Shown here: one piece after another, positions 15,850 through 25,761 of the stretch | How positions within the stretch are numbered: position 1 is the stretch's first letter | How the letters are laid out: each line of letters begins with the position of its first letter | Source of the DNA: a virus | IMG/VR virus record: IMGVR_UViG_3300049617_000088 | Location: 1 to 64,000 of that record | DNA length: 64,000 nt | Direction: 5' to 3' (one strand) | Made by a program: the position numbers and the translations under genes | Notes under the pieces: model-generated | Database searches by the model: none | What the model was told of the DNA's origin: nothing | Seen by the model: the letters and a program-made list of their open reading frames with translations, nothing else

Positions 15850-16572
15850 AGATTCAACTCTCTCTCTTGCTTTTTGGCAATAATCTTCTGAAATATCTAT
15901 TCCAATATAAGTTTTTCCTAATTTTTTACAAGCTAGCGCTGTCGTTCCTGAACCAATAAATGGATCCAATATAATAGATCCTTTTGTTGCCTCTACACAG
16001 CGAGAAGCTAATTCCAAAGGAAATGCAGCGGGATGCCAGCTCTTTCTCTCCTGAGTGATCTCCCATACGTCCCCATATCTATTGACCTTAGGAGCTAATT
16101 CAAAATTGGGCTTGGCTATCAAATAAATAACTTCGTAGGTCGGAAGGAAATATCCTTCATTGAAATTGATTCCGCCAGCTTTTTTCCAAATAATTATCTG
16201 TCTAATCGGTAAGCCTGCGACAATTTCGGGTCTCTGTTGGAATAATCCGTGTTGAACTCTCCACTTGTGATTATAAAAGATAGCGCCATCATCCTTAATG
16301 ATGCGAAAAGACTCAGCTAATACTGCCTTTTGCCAAGCAATATATTTGTCTTCTGGCATGTAATCGTCGTGAGTATCATACCCCTGAGACTGGAGTTTAG
16401 ATTTATTCCATTTACCTTTCCAGTTTTGAGTATTACCAAAAGTCTTTCTAATAGAAAGATTATATGGAGGACTGGTTACAACTAAATCAAGAGACTGATC
16501 TGGAATTTCTTTCATTACTTCCAAACAGTCCCCACATATAATCTTGTTCTCAAAGTCCTGAGGGTAAATCAT
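15838..16572 (-). CDS. DNA N4-cytosine/N6-adenine methyltransferase (beta class)
   Basis: VTSPPY, HPAAFP and ILDPFIGSGTT motifs. Confidence 0.93.
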   Translation of the reverse strand: MIYPQDFENKIICGDCLEVMKEIPDQSLDLVVTSPPYNLSIRKTFGNTQNWKGKWNKSKLQSQGYDTHDDYMPEDKYIAWQKAVLAESFRIIKDDGAIFYNHKWRVQHGLFQQRPEIVAGLPIRQIIIWKKAGGINFNEGYFLPTYEVIYLIAKPNFELAPKVNRYGDVWEITQERKSWHPAAFPLELASRCVEATKGSIILDPFIGSGTTALACKKLGKTYIGIDISEDYCQKARERVESSVF

Positions 16573-17168
16573 AATACCTTTAATGATTCTGTCAATTGAC
16601 TGATTGCTCTATCAATTGACTTAACGATGAAGATTGTATTCTGAGCCCCTAAAGTCTTAACGAAATCAGATGACTCACCAGGAATCTGATAGTTACATTC
16701 TAACCATCTAGACCTGTTCAACAAACTAGCCGAAGACAACCAGAAACAATAATCTCTCATTACTGAGACCCCAATGTTTTCGTAGTCTTTATACTCAGCA
16801 TTATTGTTAGTTCGATTAAGAAAAATAATAACATCTTTATTATAATCAAACAATTGCGCGAAATCGCGGGGAGAAGTCAAGCCATCGATAACAAACCTGT
16901 TGGGCTTACTAATATCATAAGCCCCCATGGCTTCACAAACGTTATCAGCAATCATCTTGGGATGAAACTTTAAACGAAGAGTAAACCAAGTATGATAATC
17001 ATCATGATATTGTTGTGGATGTTCGCCCGGTCTTTGCTCTCTGAAGGTAGATTTTACCCAAGAAGAGGCGTCAATGTATTGGTAGTTCTCCATTTGACAT
17101 AGGGCTTTAGCCACTGTAGTTCTTCCCGAACCAGGCATTCCTACCACGAAAATCTTCATAGCAATCAC
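16569..17168 (-). CDS. P-loop nucleotide-kinase-like protein
   Basis: IFVVGMPGSGRTT Walker A variant; FVIDG. Confidence 0.7.
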   Translation of the reverse strand: MIAMKIFVVGMPGSGRTTVAKALCQMENYQYIDASSWVKSTFREQRPGEHPQQYHDDYHTWFTLRLKFHPKMIADNVCEAMGAYDISKPNRFVIDGLTSPRDFAQLFDYNKDVIIFLNRTNNNAEYKDYENIGVSVMRDYCFWLSSASLLNRSRWLECNYQIPGESSDFVKTLGAQNTIFIVKSIDRAISQLTESLKVL

Positions 17169-17217
17169 TTAACCTTATTGATACCTATAACATCCTTACA
17201 TATTAAGACATTTTATA

Positions 17218-17826
17218 ATGAAGTTCTTTTGGAGCATCGTATCACAATTATATTGCGATCTCGTCGTCGGGGGAATTTTAAAGAAAACCCCACCTCCTCT
17301 TTGGTTATTTAACCAACCCAAACAAACAATTCCCCATAAATACACCAGCGAAATCATTGCAGACATCAACTTCACTTCACAAGAAAGATGGTTGATTGAA
17401 GAGGCTACTCGCAATTTAGAATGGTTTTGTAATGGGTTCATTCAATTTAAAGTGAAATTTGAATTGAATCCCGATCATATCAATGGACACGAATATTGCA
17501 TACTCAAAAGAGCTGAACCAGCCCTAAAAGAAATTGTTGAATCAGATGCTAGAATTAAAAACACAACCCTAGGTCTGTGTAATTATTTACCAAACGATAC
17601 CATTGTATTGTATTTAGTGCCGGAAAGATTAAAGAATCCTTTTTCTTTTCGCACTACCACCATACATGAAATAGGACATGCACTTGGTATGAAACACATC
17701 GGTAAACCAAGTGTTATGCACCAATACAATCACAACGATGTGCTTTATCCTACATACAAAGATGCCATTGAGCTTGGTAAATTGTATGGTATTGATCCTA
17801 AAAATTTAAGATATTTCAAACTTTAA
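17218..17826 (+). CDS. Zinc metalloprotease (metzincin/matrixin-like)
   Basis: HEIGHALGMKH plus SVM Met-turn. Confidence 0.88.
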   Translation: MKFFWSIVSQLYCDLVVGGILKKTPPPLWLFNQPKQTIPHKYTSEIIADINFTSQERWLIEEATRNLEWFCNGFIQFKVKFELNPDHINGHEYCILKRAEPALKEIVESDARIKNTTLGLCNYLPNDTIVLYLVPERLKNPFSFRTTTIHEIGHALGMKHIGKPSVMHQYNHNDVLYPTYKDAIELGKLYGIDPKNLRYFKL

Positions 17827-18451
17827 AGTCTCTGAATGTTAGATTTATTCTTGGACTAACTGGTAACGAAACTTTCGGTATTTCATGTTTCCAATAGTGT
17901 TGAGTAGTACCACTCATCACCAATAAAGAACCATGATTCAATTCATAATGAAAAGAGTTACCTTCTGCTATGGAAATATTTTCAGGAACATTCCATCCAA
18001 AATCTTTACGATAGTTTGTGATTATAAACTTACGAGTAGCTCCCAGAGAAACAGATGCAATGTTAGCATTACTTCCCAATTCAGATTCATCATCTGCGTG
18101 CAATCCAACAGAATCCCTGCCGTTTCTGTAATGATTAAGTAATACGCTATTATATTTGCAACCAGTGATATATTCGATTTTATCTCTTAAAAGAAGTAGA
18201 TCGGGTAACCATGGTTGAACTGCTTGAGTTACACCAGAATAGGAGTAAGCCATCTTGGGATCGTCAGCATACCAAGCCGTCTGACGAGGTTGAGGTAACT
18301 TCTCTCCAGTTCTAAAATTAGTGTAATACTTTTGTTCCCAAAGTACATTCTTATCAAGATAAGTCAATAAACCATCTGATTCTACAGGTCTTAGGAAGTC
18401 CGAATCAAAATCTAAAATTCCGCCATAATTAATGTAACAGCGTACCATCAT
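17816..18451 (-). CDS. AlkB-family 2OG-Fe(II) dioxygenase (ALKBH2/3-like)
   Basis: NSVLLNHYRNGRDSVGLHADDE, WKHEIPK, RINLTFR. Confidence 0.92.
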   Translation of the reverse strand: MMVRCYINYGGILDFDSDFLRPVESDGLLTYLDKNVLWEQKYYTNFRTGEKLPQPRQTAWYADDPKMAYSYSGVTQAVQPWLPDLLLLRDKIEYITGCKYNSVLLNHYRNGRDSVGLHADDESELGSNANIASVSLGATRKFIITNYRKDFGWNVPENISIAEGNSFHYELNHGSLLVMSGTTQHYWKHEIPKVSLPVSPRINLTFRDFKV

Positions 18452-18819
18452 AGTCTTATTGTCTCTATCTTACTTAAAGCTTCTTGAACTTGCTCTTCAG
18501 TCGCCGGGGCACGATGTTTTGACACTGCAAACTGAATTAATTCGTAACGAATACTCTTTTCGCATTCTAGTTTCGCTGCCTCAATTGAAGGATAAAAGGC
18601 ATGAGAATACCAAACATCAAGAGTCAAAACAGTAGTAGGCTTGCCATCTACTACCTGTTCTTTTCGAGGATGAAAAGTCTCAGGAGATAGGATGCGAGCC
18701 CTATATTCGCCAGCAGGAATCCATAAAACTGACGGATCTTCCACGCCTTGAATAACTTCGCATTCGACTTCTACAATGGAACTTTTTCCTTTTTTGGATT
18801 GAACGACAAACTTTCTCAC
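18448..18819 (-). CDS. Hypothetical protein
   Basis: 123-aa coupled ORF. Confidence 0.6.
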   Translation of the reverse strand: MRKFVVQSKKGKSSIVEVECEVIQGVEDPSVLWIPAGEYRARILSPETFHPRKEQVVDGKPTTVLTLDVWYSHAFYPSIEAAKLECEKSIRYELIQFAVSKHRAPATEEQVQEALSKIETIRL

Positions 18820-19253
18820 GACTTATTAGCTCGTTTCTTTTCTAATTCTTTAATTCGTTTCTTACAATTCTTCAGCTCTTGCTCTTCTGCCCAAACATTA
18901 TAAAACTTCATTTGTTCTAAATATTCAACACGATCTTCTTTATACTTCTTCATTTGTTTGGCGTAATCTTTCATTTGTTTGCGCCAAGCAATCATCTGTG
19001 ATTTATAATTTGTCGTCTTCTCCATGGTAATATAATATATTTCAGTATAATCATCGGATGAATATTCATCATGATAACATGTTGTATAACTGAAACGGAG
19101 ATCGGAAACATTCACATTAGTGGGAAGTTTGGCTACAAAAGTAGTCCAATCCATATCTTCTTGATGTGATATGATAACAGGATTCTGTTTTTCAAAAAAT
19201 TCTTTGGGTTCGACTGGAGCGTAAGGTGGTCTAGGTTCTATAGGATATTTCAT
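18816..19253 (-). CDS. Hypothetical protein
   Basis: Start reassigned to MKYPIE, adjacent to the upstream TGA. Confidence 0.6.
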   Translation of the reverse strand: MKYPIEPRPPYAPVEPKEFFEKQNPVIISHQEDMDWTTFVAKLPTNVNVSDLRFSYTTCYHDEYSSDDYTEIYYITMEKTTNYKSQMIAWRKQMKDYAKQMKKYKEDRVEYLEQMKFYNVWAEEQELKNCKKRIKELEKKRANKS

Positions 19254-19731
19254 CACCAGTCTCCATAAATATAATGAGCATAGGAAGCGTAGACAATCCC
19301 ATAATATCCACATCCTTTAGGGCAATTACCATCCAAACGTGGCCACATTTTTCTTATCTTATTATGACCAGACGAGCCTATGATAAAAGCTACGACTGGA
19401 TCAAGTGTCTTGTCAAGTGGCGCTTCCTCTAACAGTTCTTGGCGGCGGCTTCATCGAAAAAGACGCCATGATCACAGGTAGCTTGTAAGGGATTCTCTTC
19501 TCGCCACTTCTTATCACGAGCTTCATCTTCTTCTCGCCACTTCTTTGTAATCTCCTGTATGGTCTTGATAAAAGAATCCTTGTCGACAATGTCAGTCACT
19601 GGCTCAATCAATTGTATTTCATCAGAGATGCCAAATTTCTTCTTGAAATCTTCAAATTTCTTTGGATCACTCATGATTTCTTGAGCTTCTTTGGCTGCCT
19701 TAGTCAAGGCATCATCATCTTCTTTTTTCAT
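19254..19731 (-). pseudogene. Hypothetical protein with a frameshift near 19435
   Basis: CDHGVFFDE N-terminal part continues in another frame as LEEAPLD..WPRLDGNCPKGCGYYGIVYASYAHYIYGDW*. Confidence 0.55.
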
Positions 19732-19741
19732 CGGAACTCCT

Positions 19742-20677
19742 TCAATACTTGATGCAATCGAAGGTGGCACTATATTTTTGCCATGATTGATCATTAGTAA
19801 TTGATTCGAACTTTAAACTCTGAAAAGCCTGTTTGAGGAGAGGAAAACTACGCTGACCCTCCTTCAAAACGATCTCACTCTCTGGTACCGATCTAAATTC
19901 AATTAGCTGGCGATTGACAGAAAAGTTGGCTCGATTCTCTTCCACTTCCAAAAACTTTTTAAAAAGTTCTGGATTAGTTACCGTATCAACAGCCTTCTTT
20001 GGCTTCAATAAAGCCGGAATATTGTCCGATTTATCACCATTTAAAGACTTCCAAGCTACATAAGGATAGGATGGAGCTTCCATAAAATTTTTCTTAATTG
20101 GATTGTAAATTCCAATCTTAGAATAATTTCGTTGCAACAATTGAATATAATCTGAATCGTTACTAAGGACTGTTAAATCTTCTTCTTTCATGTTTTCACA
20201 CAGAGTGGCGACTACATCATCGGCTTCATAACTAGCAGCGCGACAGATAGTGATTGGTAAGTACCGAAGTAGATCGACAATCAAATCTTTAGCTTTAAGA
20301 AAAGTATCTTGGGTTTCTTTCTTGGAAGCTTGCTTGATGATACGGTTGGCTTTATAGTCAGCAAAGAGGTCATATCTGAATTGTGGATGACCTTCTAGGA
20401 CAAAAAAGCATTTATCTGGAGTAAACAACTCGATCAAGGGTCGAAGGTTGCGGAAGAAATTAAAGGTGGTTACAACCTCTTCAGGTTGATCCTTTTCACA
20501 TTTAGCTGCAATCCACTTACCACCACATTGACAGTGTGGATCTTGGGGATGTTTGTCATCCCAGCCAGAAGTTTGGCAATTATGACACTCTAAATGAGAT
20601 ACTTTAGTCTTCGGACCAAATCCAATATTAGCTCGCCACATTGCATTATGAGCATCAATTAATAATACTTTATCCAT
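19742..20677 (-). CDS. 5'-3' exonuclease / flap endonuclease (T4 RNase H-like) with a Cys/His insertion
   Basis: LLIDAHN, FRYDLFADYKANR, YEADD, SNDSD, GDKSDNIP. Confidence 0.92.
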   Translation of the reverse strand: MDKVLLIDAHNAMWRANIGFGPKTKVSHLECHNCQTSGWDDKHPQDPHCQCGGKWIAAKCEKDQPEEVVTTFNFFRNLRPLIELFTPDKCFFVLEGHPQFRYDLFADYKANRIIKQASKKETQDTFLKAKDLIVDLLRYLPITICRAASYEADDVVATLCENMKEEDLTVLSNDSDYIQLLQRNYSKIGIYNPIKKNFMEAPSYPYVAWKSLNGDKSDNIPALLKPKKAVDTVTNPELFKKFLEVEENRANFSVNRQLIEFRSVPESEIVLKEGQRSFPLLKQAFQSLKFESITNDQSWQKYSATFDCIKY

Positions 20678-21020
20678 TAGCTTTTTGTATTTTCTTTCTA
20701 TATATTTTACGCCAAACAGGATAAGCTAAGAAAAGAAAAACGCCAACTAGAGCAGAGTAAGAATGATTAAGAAAGAAATAAAGAAACCAAAAGAATTCTT
20801 TTCCAACGAAATAATACCATAACTTTTTATAGTAATCTACAACTGGAACCGCTCTTAGTTCTTCTTGTTCTGCTAGCCTATCAGCGATAGAAACGTGACC
20901 AAAAGTCAATAAAACGGCTATTGCAGCCAACATTTCGATAGTAAATAATCTATGAGTAAAATAATTGACAGCTAGCAATACCAACGCAACAAATGTTGTT
21001 TCATAGTGAAATGTCTTCAT
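20670..21020 (-). CDS. Membrane protein
   Basis: Four hydrophobic segments. Confidence 0.65.
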   Translation of the reverse strand: MKTFHYETTFVALVLLAVNYFTHRLFTIEMLAAIAVLLTFGHVSIADRLAEQEELRAVPVVDYYKKLWYYFVGKEFFWFLYFFLNHSYSALVGVFLFLAYPVWRKIYRKKIQKANG

Positions 21021-21232
21021 TAACTTTGGACAAGCTCTGGGTGAGTAATGTGATGAGTAAGCCTCTCAAACTCAGTAAAGATAGCTAAAGTAATCAGATA
21101 CATCCCTTTGCGTTCTTCTTGAGCAGCATTACGAGTTAAAGAAGCTAACATAGTCTGTCGCATTTGTAGCAACTTTTCCCTGTTAGCTTCAGTAATATCA
21201 TCTATATGTAGAAAACTATCGTCATTATCCAT
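21020..21232 (-). CDS. Hypothetical protein
   Basis: 70-aa coupled ORF. Confidence 0.55.
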   Translation of the reverse strand: MDNDDSFLHIDDITEANREKLLQMRQTMLASLTRNAAQEERKGMYLITLAIFTEFERLTHHITHPELVQS

Positions 21233-21233
21233 A

Positions 21234-21794
21234 TTAATTTATCTTTAAAGTATTAGCAATACCAAAACACAAATCATGTTGAGTACCATCATCTTGCCCA
21301 CCACAGGTCAAGCCATAGCCATAACCATTGACTAGTGTAGCAAAGATATAAACTCGTACAGCATTCTTAGAAGATTCAATTGCGACGAACTTTTGACCAT
21401 TCAAAGTAATTTGACTGGCTGAAACGATAGTGGCGCCGGCTGCCTTCATTCCCCTTAGTGCAAGCAAAGCATATTGTGGAAAGGTACCAACGAACTCATC
21501 TTTGGTAAAAAGGATAAGGTTCTTTTTATCAGGATTAAGTAGAGAAACATTCACTGTGGCTGCCCCTTCGCCAATAGTAACTGGCTGCCAACCAGCATCT
21601 GGTAACACGAAAGAATAATTCTCTTTCGCAATTGTTACACTAGTTGATACGGGTGGAGGTGGAACAGGTGGAGTAACTGGAGGAGCCGGTTCAACAGTAG
21701 GAGTTGTCGGTTCTACTTGATCTTTCTTGGCACAAGAAGAGCAAGAGATGATTCCGATAGCGAGCAATGCAAGAGTGAAATAGATTTTTTTCAT
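21234..21794 (-). CDS. Lipoprotein with Pro-rich linker (PsbP-like fold possible)
   Basis: MKKIYFTLALLAIGIISC lipobox-like leader. Confidence 0.65.
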   Translation of the reverse strand: MKKIYFTLALLAIGIISCSSCAKKDQVEPTTPTVEPAPPVTPPVPPPPVSTSVTIAKENYSFVLPDAGWQPVTIGEGAATVNVSLLNPDKKNLILFTKDEFVGTFPQYALLALRGMKAAGATIVSASQITLNGQKFVAIESSKNAVRVYIFATLVNGYGYGLTCGGQDDGTQHDLCFGIANTLKIN

Positions 21795-22153
21795 TATATA
21801 CCTTCCAAAATTATAAGACCAAGATACTACCGGGTTTATATACCCGCAACTTGCCCGAATTAGCAAACTTCGTAGTTCAATTTATAACCTTGAGATGTCT
21901 TCAAAAGATCCTCGACTACCTAGAAAGCTTTTGCTAAAGCAAGAAATCCAGCCACAATCTAATAAATTAGGGCGGATGGTAAGTCTCCAAGTTACAAACT
22001 CTAATGTACCCAAGTATCAGGGGCAAACGAAGTATCTCTCGACAAACGAATGGGGATATATAGGGGAAGTATATATTATAGGGAGTTGTATAATTAGAAA
22101 TAATAAGGCTAGCAGCCTTACAATTTGAGCAGAAGTTATCTGCCCTTTCGATA

Positions 22154-22558
22154 TTAAATTGTCTGTGAAACAGTGGTTACTGCGGTAAGTGTAGCAGCTT
22201 TTGCTGCGACAGCCGCTTGTTCCTTGGCTTCCAAAGCATCTTGCATTTGTTTCTTCGCAAGATCTTTTGCAAGTTTTGCTGCTTCTTTCTTTTGCTTCTC
22301 GGAAGCTCTCATGATTCCGCCGTGAGCACCACGGGTAACATGCCAGTCAGGATGGCGACGAACATACCATCTAACTAATACATCGGCTTCACGAAGTTGC
22401 TTCTCGCCCCAATTTAATTTGAGTGCCAACATTTCTAACAGTTTTGGAAATTGAAGATTACCTTCGCCAGTCCATTCACTAAGAGCTTCATTAGTGGCTC
22501 GAAAAATTGGTCTCAAATCATCACATGCTGATTCAATTACTGTATCATTGCTCATCAT
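22154..22558 (-). CDS. Putative winged-helix DNA-binding protein
   Basis: VTRGAHGGI wing-like motif shared with 54912..55217. Confidence 0.5.
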   Translation of the reverse strand: MMSNDTVIESACDDLRPIFRATNEALSEWTGEGNLQFPKLLEMLALKLNWGEKQLREADVLVRWYVRRHPDWHVTRGAHGGIMRASEKQKKEAAKLAKDLAKKQMQDALEAKEQAAVAAKAATLTAVTTVSQTI

Positions 22559-22801
22559 CTACCGTCCCTTGCTTTGTAATATAGTTCCTTATTTTATGGT
22601 TGAACACTAGATAAAAATGGACACCAATGGCAACTAGGACCGCCACGAACAACGCTACATATCTGTTAGTTCCATTTGTCAGTAGTTGCATTAAGACTAC
22701 TGCGGAAGAAGTAAAACAAATAAAAACGTTGGTAAATGTTACCAGTAGAAGTACTGGCACAACTGCCAATAATCTAGATAACGAAGTCAGACGCGGGAAC
22801 A

Positions 22802-23104
22802 TTAGACTTTGCGAGCAAAACGTCCGCGAGTGTCACGAACATTGTGCCAACGTGTGGAAGTATTGCTTGGGTTACTAACTGCGGTACCAGTCACAGTCTT
22901 GCTGCTTCCGACTTGGTTGAGAGCAAAATACTCACCCAAAGTAAAAACAAAGGTAAGCGAATTTCTTACTAATTCATTCGAGGCAGCTAAAAGAGCGTCC
23001 CTATCAGAAGGATTCGAAAGTTTGTTTTGAACTTCCTCTGCCAGCGATTCGATCTTCTCGGCAAGCTGTTTGACATCACTACTGGTCGTTGTTGTATTTG
23101 ACAT
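22802..23104 (-). CDS. Hypothetical protein
   Basis: AGGAGA RBS; C-terminal RDTRGRFAR. Confidence 0.65.
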   Translation of the reverse strand: MSNTTTTSSDVKQLAEKIESLAEEVQNKLSNPSDRDALLAASNELVRNSLTFVFTLGEYFALNQVGSSKTVTGTAVSNPSNTSTRWHNVRDTRGRFARKV

Positions 23105-23191
23105 TGAATAATCTCCTATATTTTTCCTAATCAGGAATTGAAAGTAATATAATCACGAAACTTTACGGGCGCAAGCTGCACCGTAATTTTA

Positions 23192-23515
23192 TTAATTGTT
23201 GCCACCAAAACCGCTGCCACCTCCACCCTTAATGAGAGATAGCAAGTCTTTCATGGAATCATTCTTAGGTGGGGCGCCAACACTAGCGCCAACAAACGAA
23301 CCGATATCCATAATCAACATAGCAGCTTCCTGCATCACTCCAGTAGCTAATCCTGTTGCTTTCGACATTTCCACAATGAAATCGTTTACATTTGCGGAAT
23401 TAGAAGGACTACCACTTTTCTTAATACTATCTGCCGTATTAAGTGAATTCTCTAACTCACCAACTAACTTCTTCAACAAGGTTAAATCTACTTTATCCGT
23501 CATCATTTTAGACAT
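23192..23515 (-). CDS. Hypothetical protein
   Basis: 107 aa, GGAG RBS. Confidence 0.6.
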   Translation of the reverse strand: MSKMMTDKVDLTLLKKLVGELENSLNTADSIKKSGSPSNSANVNDFIVEMSKATGLATGVMQEAAMLIMDIGSFVGASVGAPPKNDSMKDLLSLIKGGGGSGFGGNN

Positions 23516-24116
23516 TATTATTCTCCATTAGATTACAGCGATCAAAATCAATCAGTTTGAAATTACCCAATGCATCCTTCATGATATTTCTTACGTGAAT
23601 ATCATTGTGTTGCACCATGGTTTTTCGAAAATTGTTACAAAAGAATGTAACCTTTTTTTCGTCGAAGTCAAGCCCGCGGCTCAGCCCCTTCAACATTTCT
23701 TTTATTTTTTTTGACGAGTAATCTTTAATAATATTTTTATCTTCGTGTGATAGAATTGTATGGAATATTTTCTTTTCATCCTCGGATAATTTATTTAATT
23801 TTTCCATTACATAATAATAGAAAATATAAGGCTGAAATCCATTGACTGTTTTGCGAGCACAAGTTCCTAGATATTTATACTCATACACACGAGCATGTGT
23901 GGATGGTTGAAAACTTTGCAAATACAATAAAATCTTTTCAATGTTAGAATAAATATGATGTATATCCAAATCATATTGATAAATAATACTAAATTTAATT
24001 ACTTTATTATCGATGAAATTAAACACCTCTCCATCGGCACCGTCACCAATTTTTTCTCCTATAAAATGTGGAGTTGTTTCTGGACAAAATGTTTGACACA
24101 TATTAAAAACATTCAT
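23508..24116 (-). CDS. Protein-kinase-fold enzyme (Ser/Thr kinase-like)
   Basis: IGDGADGEVF Gly loop, VIK, HNDIHVRNIM catalytic loop, KLIDFD. Confidence 0.85.
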   Translation of the reverse strand: MNVFNMCQTFCPETTPHFIGEKIGDGADGEVFNFIDNKVIKFSIIYQYDLDIHHIYSNIEKILLYLQSFQPSTHARVYEYKYLGTCARKTVNGFQPYIFYYYVMEKLNKLSEDEKKIFHTILSHEDKNIIKDYSSKKIKEMLKGLSRGLDFDEKKVTFFCNNFRKTMVQHNDIHVRNIMKDALGNFKLIDFDRCNLMENNNV

Positions 24117-24184
24117 GATGAATCCAAAAAGAAAAGGCTGGATGTAGAATCCAGCCTTCGCTCAAGCTAACAAATTGTTATTTA

Positions 24185-24505
24185 TTAAAACTCACATTCA
24201 TCATCGTCATCGTCATCCACAGGATTCATAGTGACTACGCCATCCTTGAGAATTGGGACGGCTTTAGGTACTTTGACCTCTGCTGGAGCACTATCATCTA
24301 CACTCTTAACAGTTACTCCTGGGTTAGTGCTAACGGCAGGAACAGAAACATCAGCAGGTTTTGCCTTCTTAGATGTGACCTTTTTGACTGCTGGTTTCTT
24401 TGCTGATGCCTTCTTAACGGGCTTCTTAGCTGCTGCTTTTTTCACAAGCTTCTTTGCTGGTTTCTTAACCGCTTTCTTTTTCGCGGTTGTCTTTTTACTT
24501 GCCAT
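24185..24505 (-). CDS. Histone H1-like Lys/Ala-rich protein with acidic tail
   Basis: KKPAKK repeats; DDDDDDECEF C-terminus. Confidence 0.75.
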   Translation of the reverse strand: MASKKTTAKKKAVKKPAKKLVKKAAAKKPVKKASAKKPAVKKVTSKKAKPADVSVPAVSTNPGVTVKSVDDSAPAEVKVPKAVPILKDGVVTMNPVDDDDDDECEF

Positions 24506-24528
24506 AATATTTTCCTCTTTCCAAACGT

Positions 24529-24777
24529 TTAGATTGCAGAAGAAATCAAATGATTATCTATCATAACTTGGCGCAGCTCTTCTCCGGTTAGATCTCTACC
24601 GTTTACCTCTTGCCAAGCAAAAATTGCTGCGGCTACGTTAGGAAGTTCATTGCCTAAATAATGATATCTGCTATTGATTTCAGCTACTGTGTTTCGACCC
24701 AAATCCAACTCTTCCGAGAAAAGATTAATTTCTTGTCCCATGATTTTGAGCGTGACATAATCTCTATACACAATCAT
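24529..24777 (-). CDS. Hypothetical protein
   Basis: 82-aa ORF. Confidence 0.55.
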   Translation of the reverse strand: MIVYRDYVTLKIMGQEINLFSEELDLGRNTVAEINSRYHYLGNELPNVAAAIFAWQEVNGRDLTGEELRQVMIDNHLISSAI

Positions 24778-24816
24778 AATATATCTTTCATTCAGACTTT
24801 GTTTTATTTAATAAAT

Positions 24817-24939
24817 TGGTGGAACGGGCAGGATTTGAACCTGCAATCTTCACTCGTGATGGAGTTAAAGATAGGCATGCTTGGGGGCTCATCACTGCCC
24901 TTACGAACGCCCGTGTACGCCAATTCCAACCACCGTTCC
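24817..24939 (-). tRNA. tRNA-like gene with about 45-nt structured insertion in the anticodon arm
   Basis: GGAACGG/CCGTTCC-A-CCA, D arm GAATTGGCGTA, GCAGG-TTCAAAT-CCTGC; stem CGTTCGT/ACGAGTG encloses the insert. Confidence 0.7.
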
Positions 24940-24941
24940 AT

Positions 24942-25160
24942 TTATCTAATAAACCCGTGATATCTGTCCCACCATTCTTTAGAATATAAAACCGTTCCGT
25001 GTGAATCTCTTTCGAGCTTCTGACAGGAAGCACATTCACAATGAGAACCAAATTGTTTACCTGGATGTGCTATTGGATCTTCCAAATCAGGCTCAATAGT
25101 ACAATCCATATCACAAGAATACTTCTCATAGCATTCGGGACATGAATGATAATGATTCAT
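24942..25160 (-). CDS. Cys-rich hypothetical protein
   Basis: CPEC and CASC pairs. Confidence 0.55.
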   Translation of the reverse strand: MNHYHSCPECYEKYSCDMDCTIEPDLEDPIAHPGKQFGSHCECASCQKLERDSHGTVLYSKEWWDRYHGFIR

Positions 25161-25369
25161 CAGTTAGAGTTAGTATACTTATACCAAACCTTATTCTCGT
25201 CATGAGCATAAACCTTACTCTTACCATGCTCGCGCCAATCCAGATCATAAATAATACGATCTGTATCGGGATCCTGGCGAATGCACTCCACATAAGCCGA
25301 ATGCGGGTTACCCTGGACAACCAAACGATCACCAATCTTAACCATTGTTTTCATTGCCTCCTGTAACAT
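25160..25369 (-). CDS. Hypothetical protein
   Basis: AGGAGG RBS before MKTMV. Confidence 0.6.
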   Translation of the reverse strand: MLQEAMKTMVKIGDRLVVQGNPHSAYVECIRQDPDTDRIIYDLDWREHGKSKVYAHDENKVWYKYTNSN

Positions 25370-25395
25370 TAGACGCCGACCGTTTTACGATGGGT
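25366..25395 (-). promoter_or_regulatory. Phage promoter box copy 2
   Basis: ACCCATCGTAAAACG-N9-TAATGT. Confidence 0.7.
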
Positions 25396-25407
25396 GTCAG
25401 TTTATAG

Positions 25408-25436
25408 AATATAGTTATAGCGTTAAGTTTTGTCAA
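25408..25436 (-). promoter_or_regulatory. Sigma70-type promoter
   Basis: TTGACA-N17-TATATT. Confidence 0.65.
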
Positions 25437-25457
25437 GCTAAGATCAATTAATAACTT

Positions 25458-25757
25458 TCACTTGGCGGCGGGGATGCTGGGATCCGGGACGCTGGCAGGA
25501 GAAATTATACAATGGCACACAACGCCTGCACGAGGGGCAGGAGGAGAAGAGATAAACTCTGCTTTAGCCCCCGGAGAACAGACATGAGATGTATGATCAT
25601 TATCAATCTGAAAGAATTCGTCTTTACACGGTTCTTTAATTGCCGGTTTATCTCGACAAGCATCCACTTTGAATGCAAAAAAGAATCCACCTAGAATAAC
25701 AATGGCAGCTAAAAATAAGAAAAATCTTAAAGATTTAGCATCAGATTCATCAGACAT
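25458..25757 (-). CDS. Membrane-anchored Cys-containing protein
   Basis: N-terminal TM segment. Confidence 0.55.
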   Translation of the reverse strand: MSDESDAKSLRFFLFLAAIVILGGFFFAFKVDACRDKPAIKEPCKDEFFQIDNDHTSHVCSPGAKAEFISSPPAPRAGVVCHCIISPASVPDPSIPAAK

Positions 25758-25761
25758 AATA

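Noticed and set aside
24661-25051. ORFs 24661..24960 (+) and 24788..25051 (-)
   Set aside because: They overlap the tRNA-like gene and real neighbouring genes
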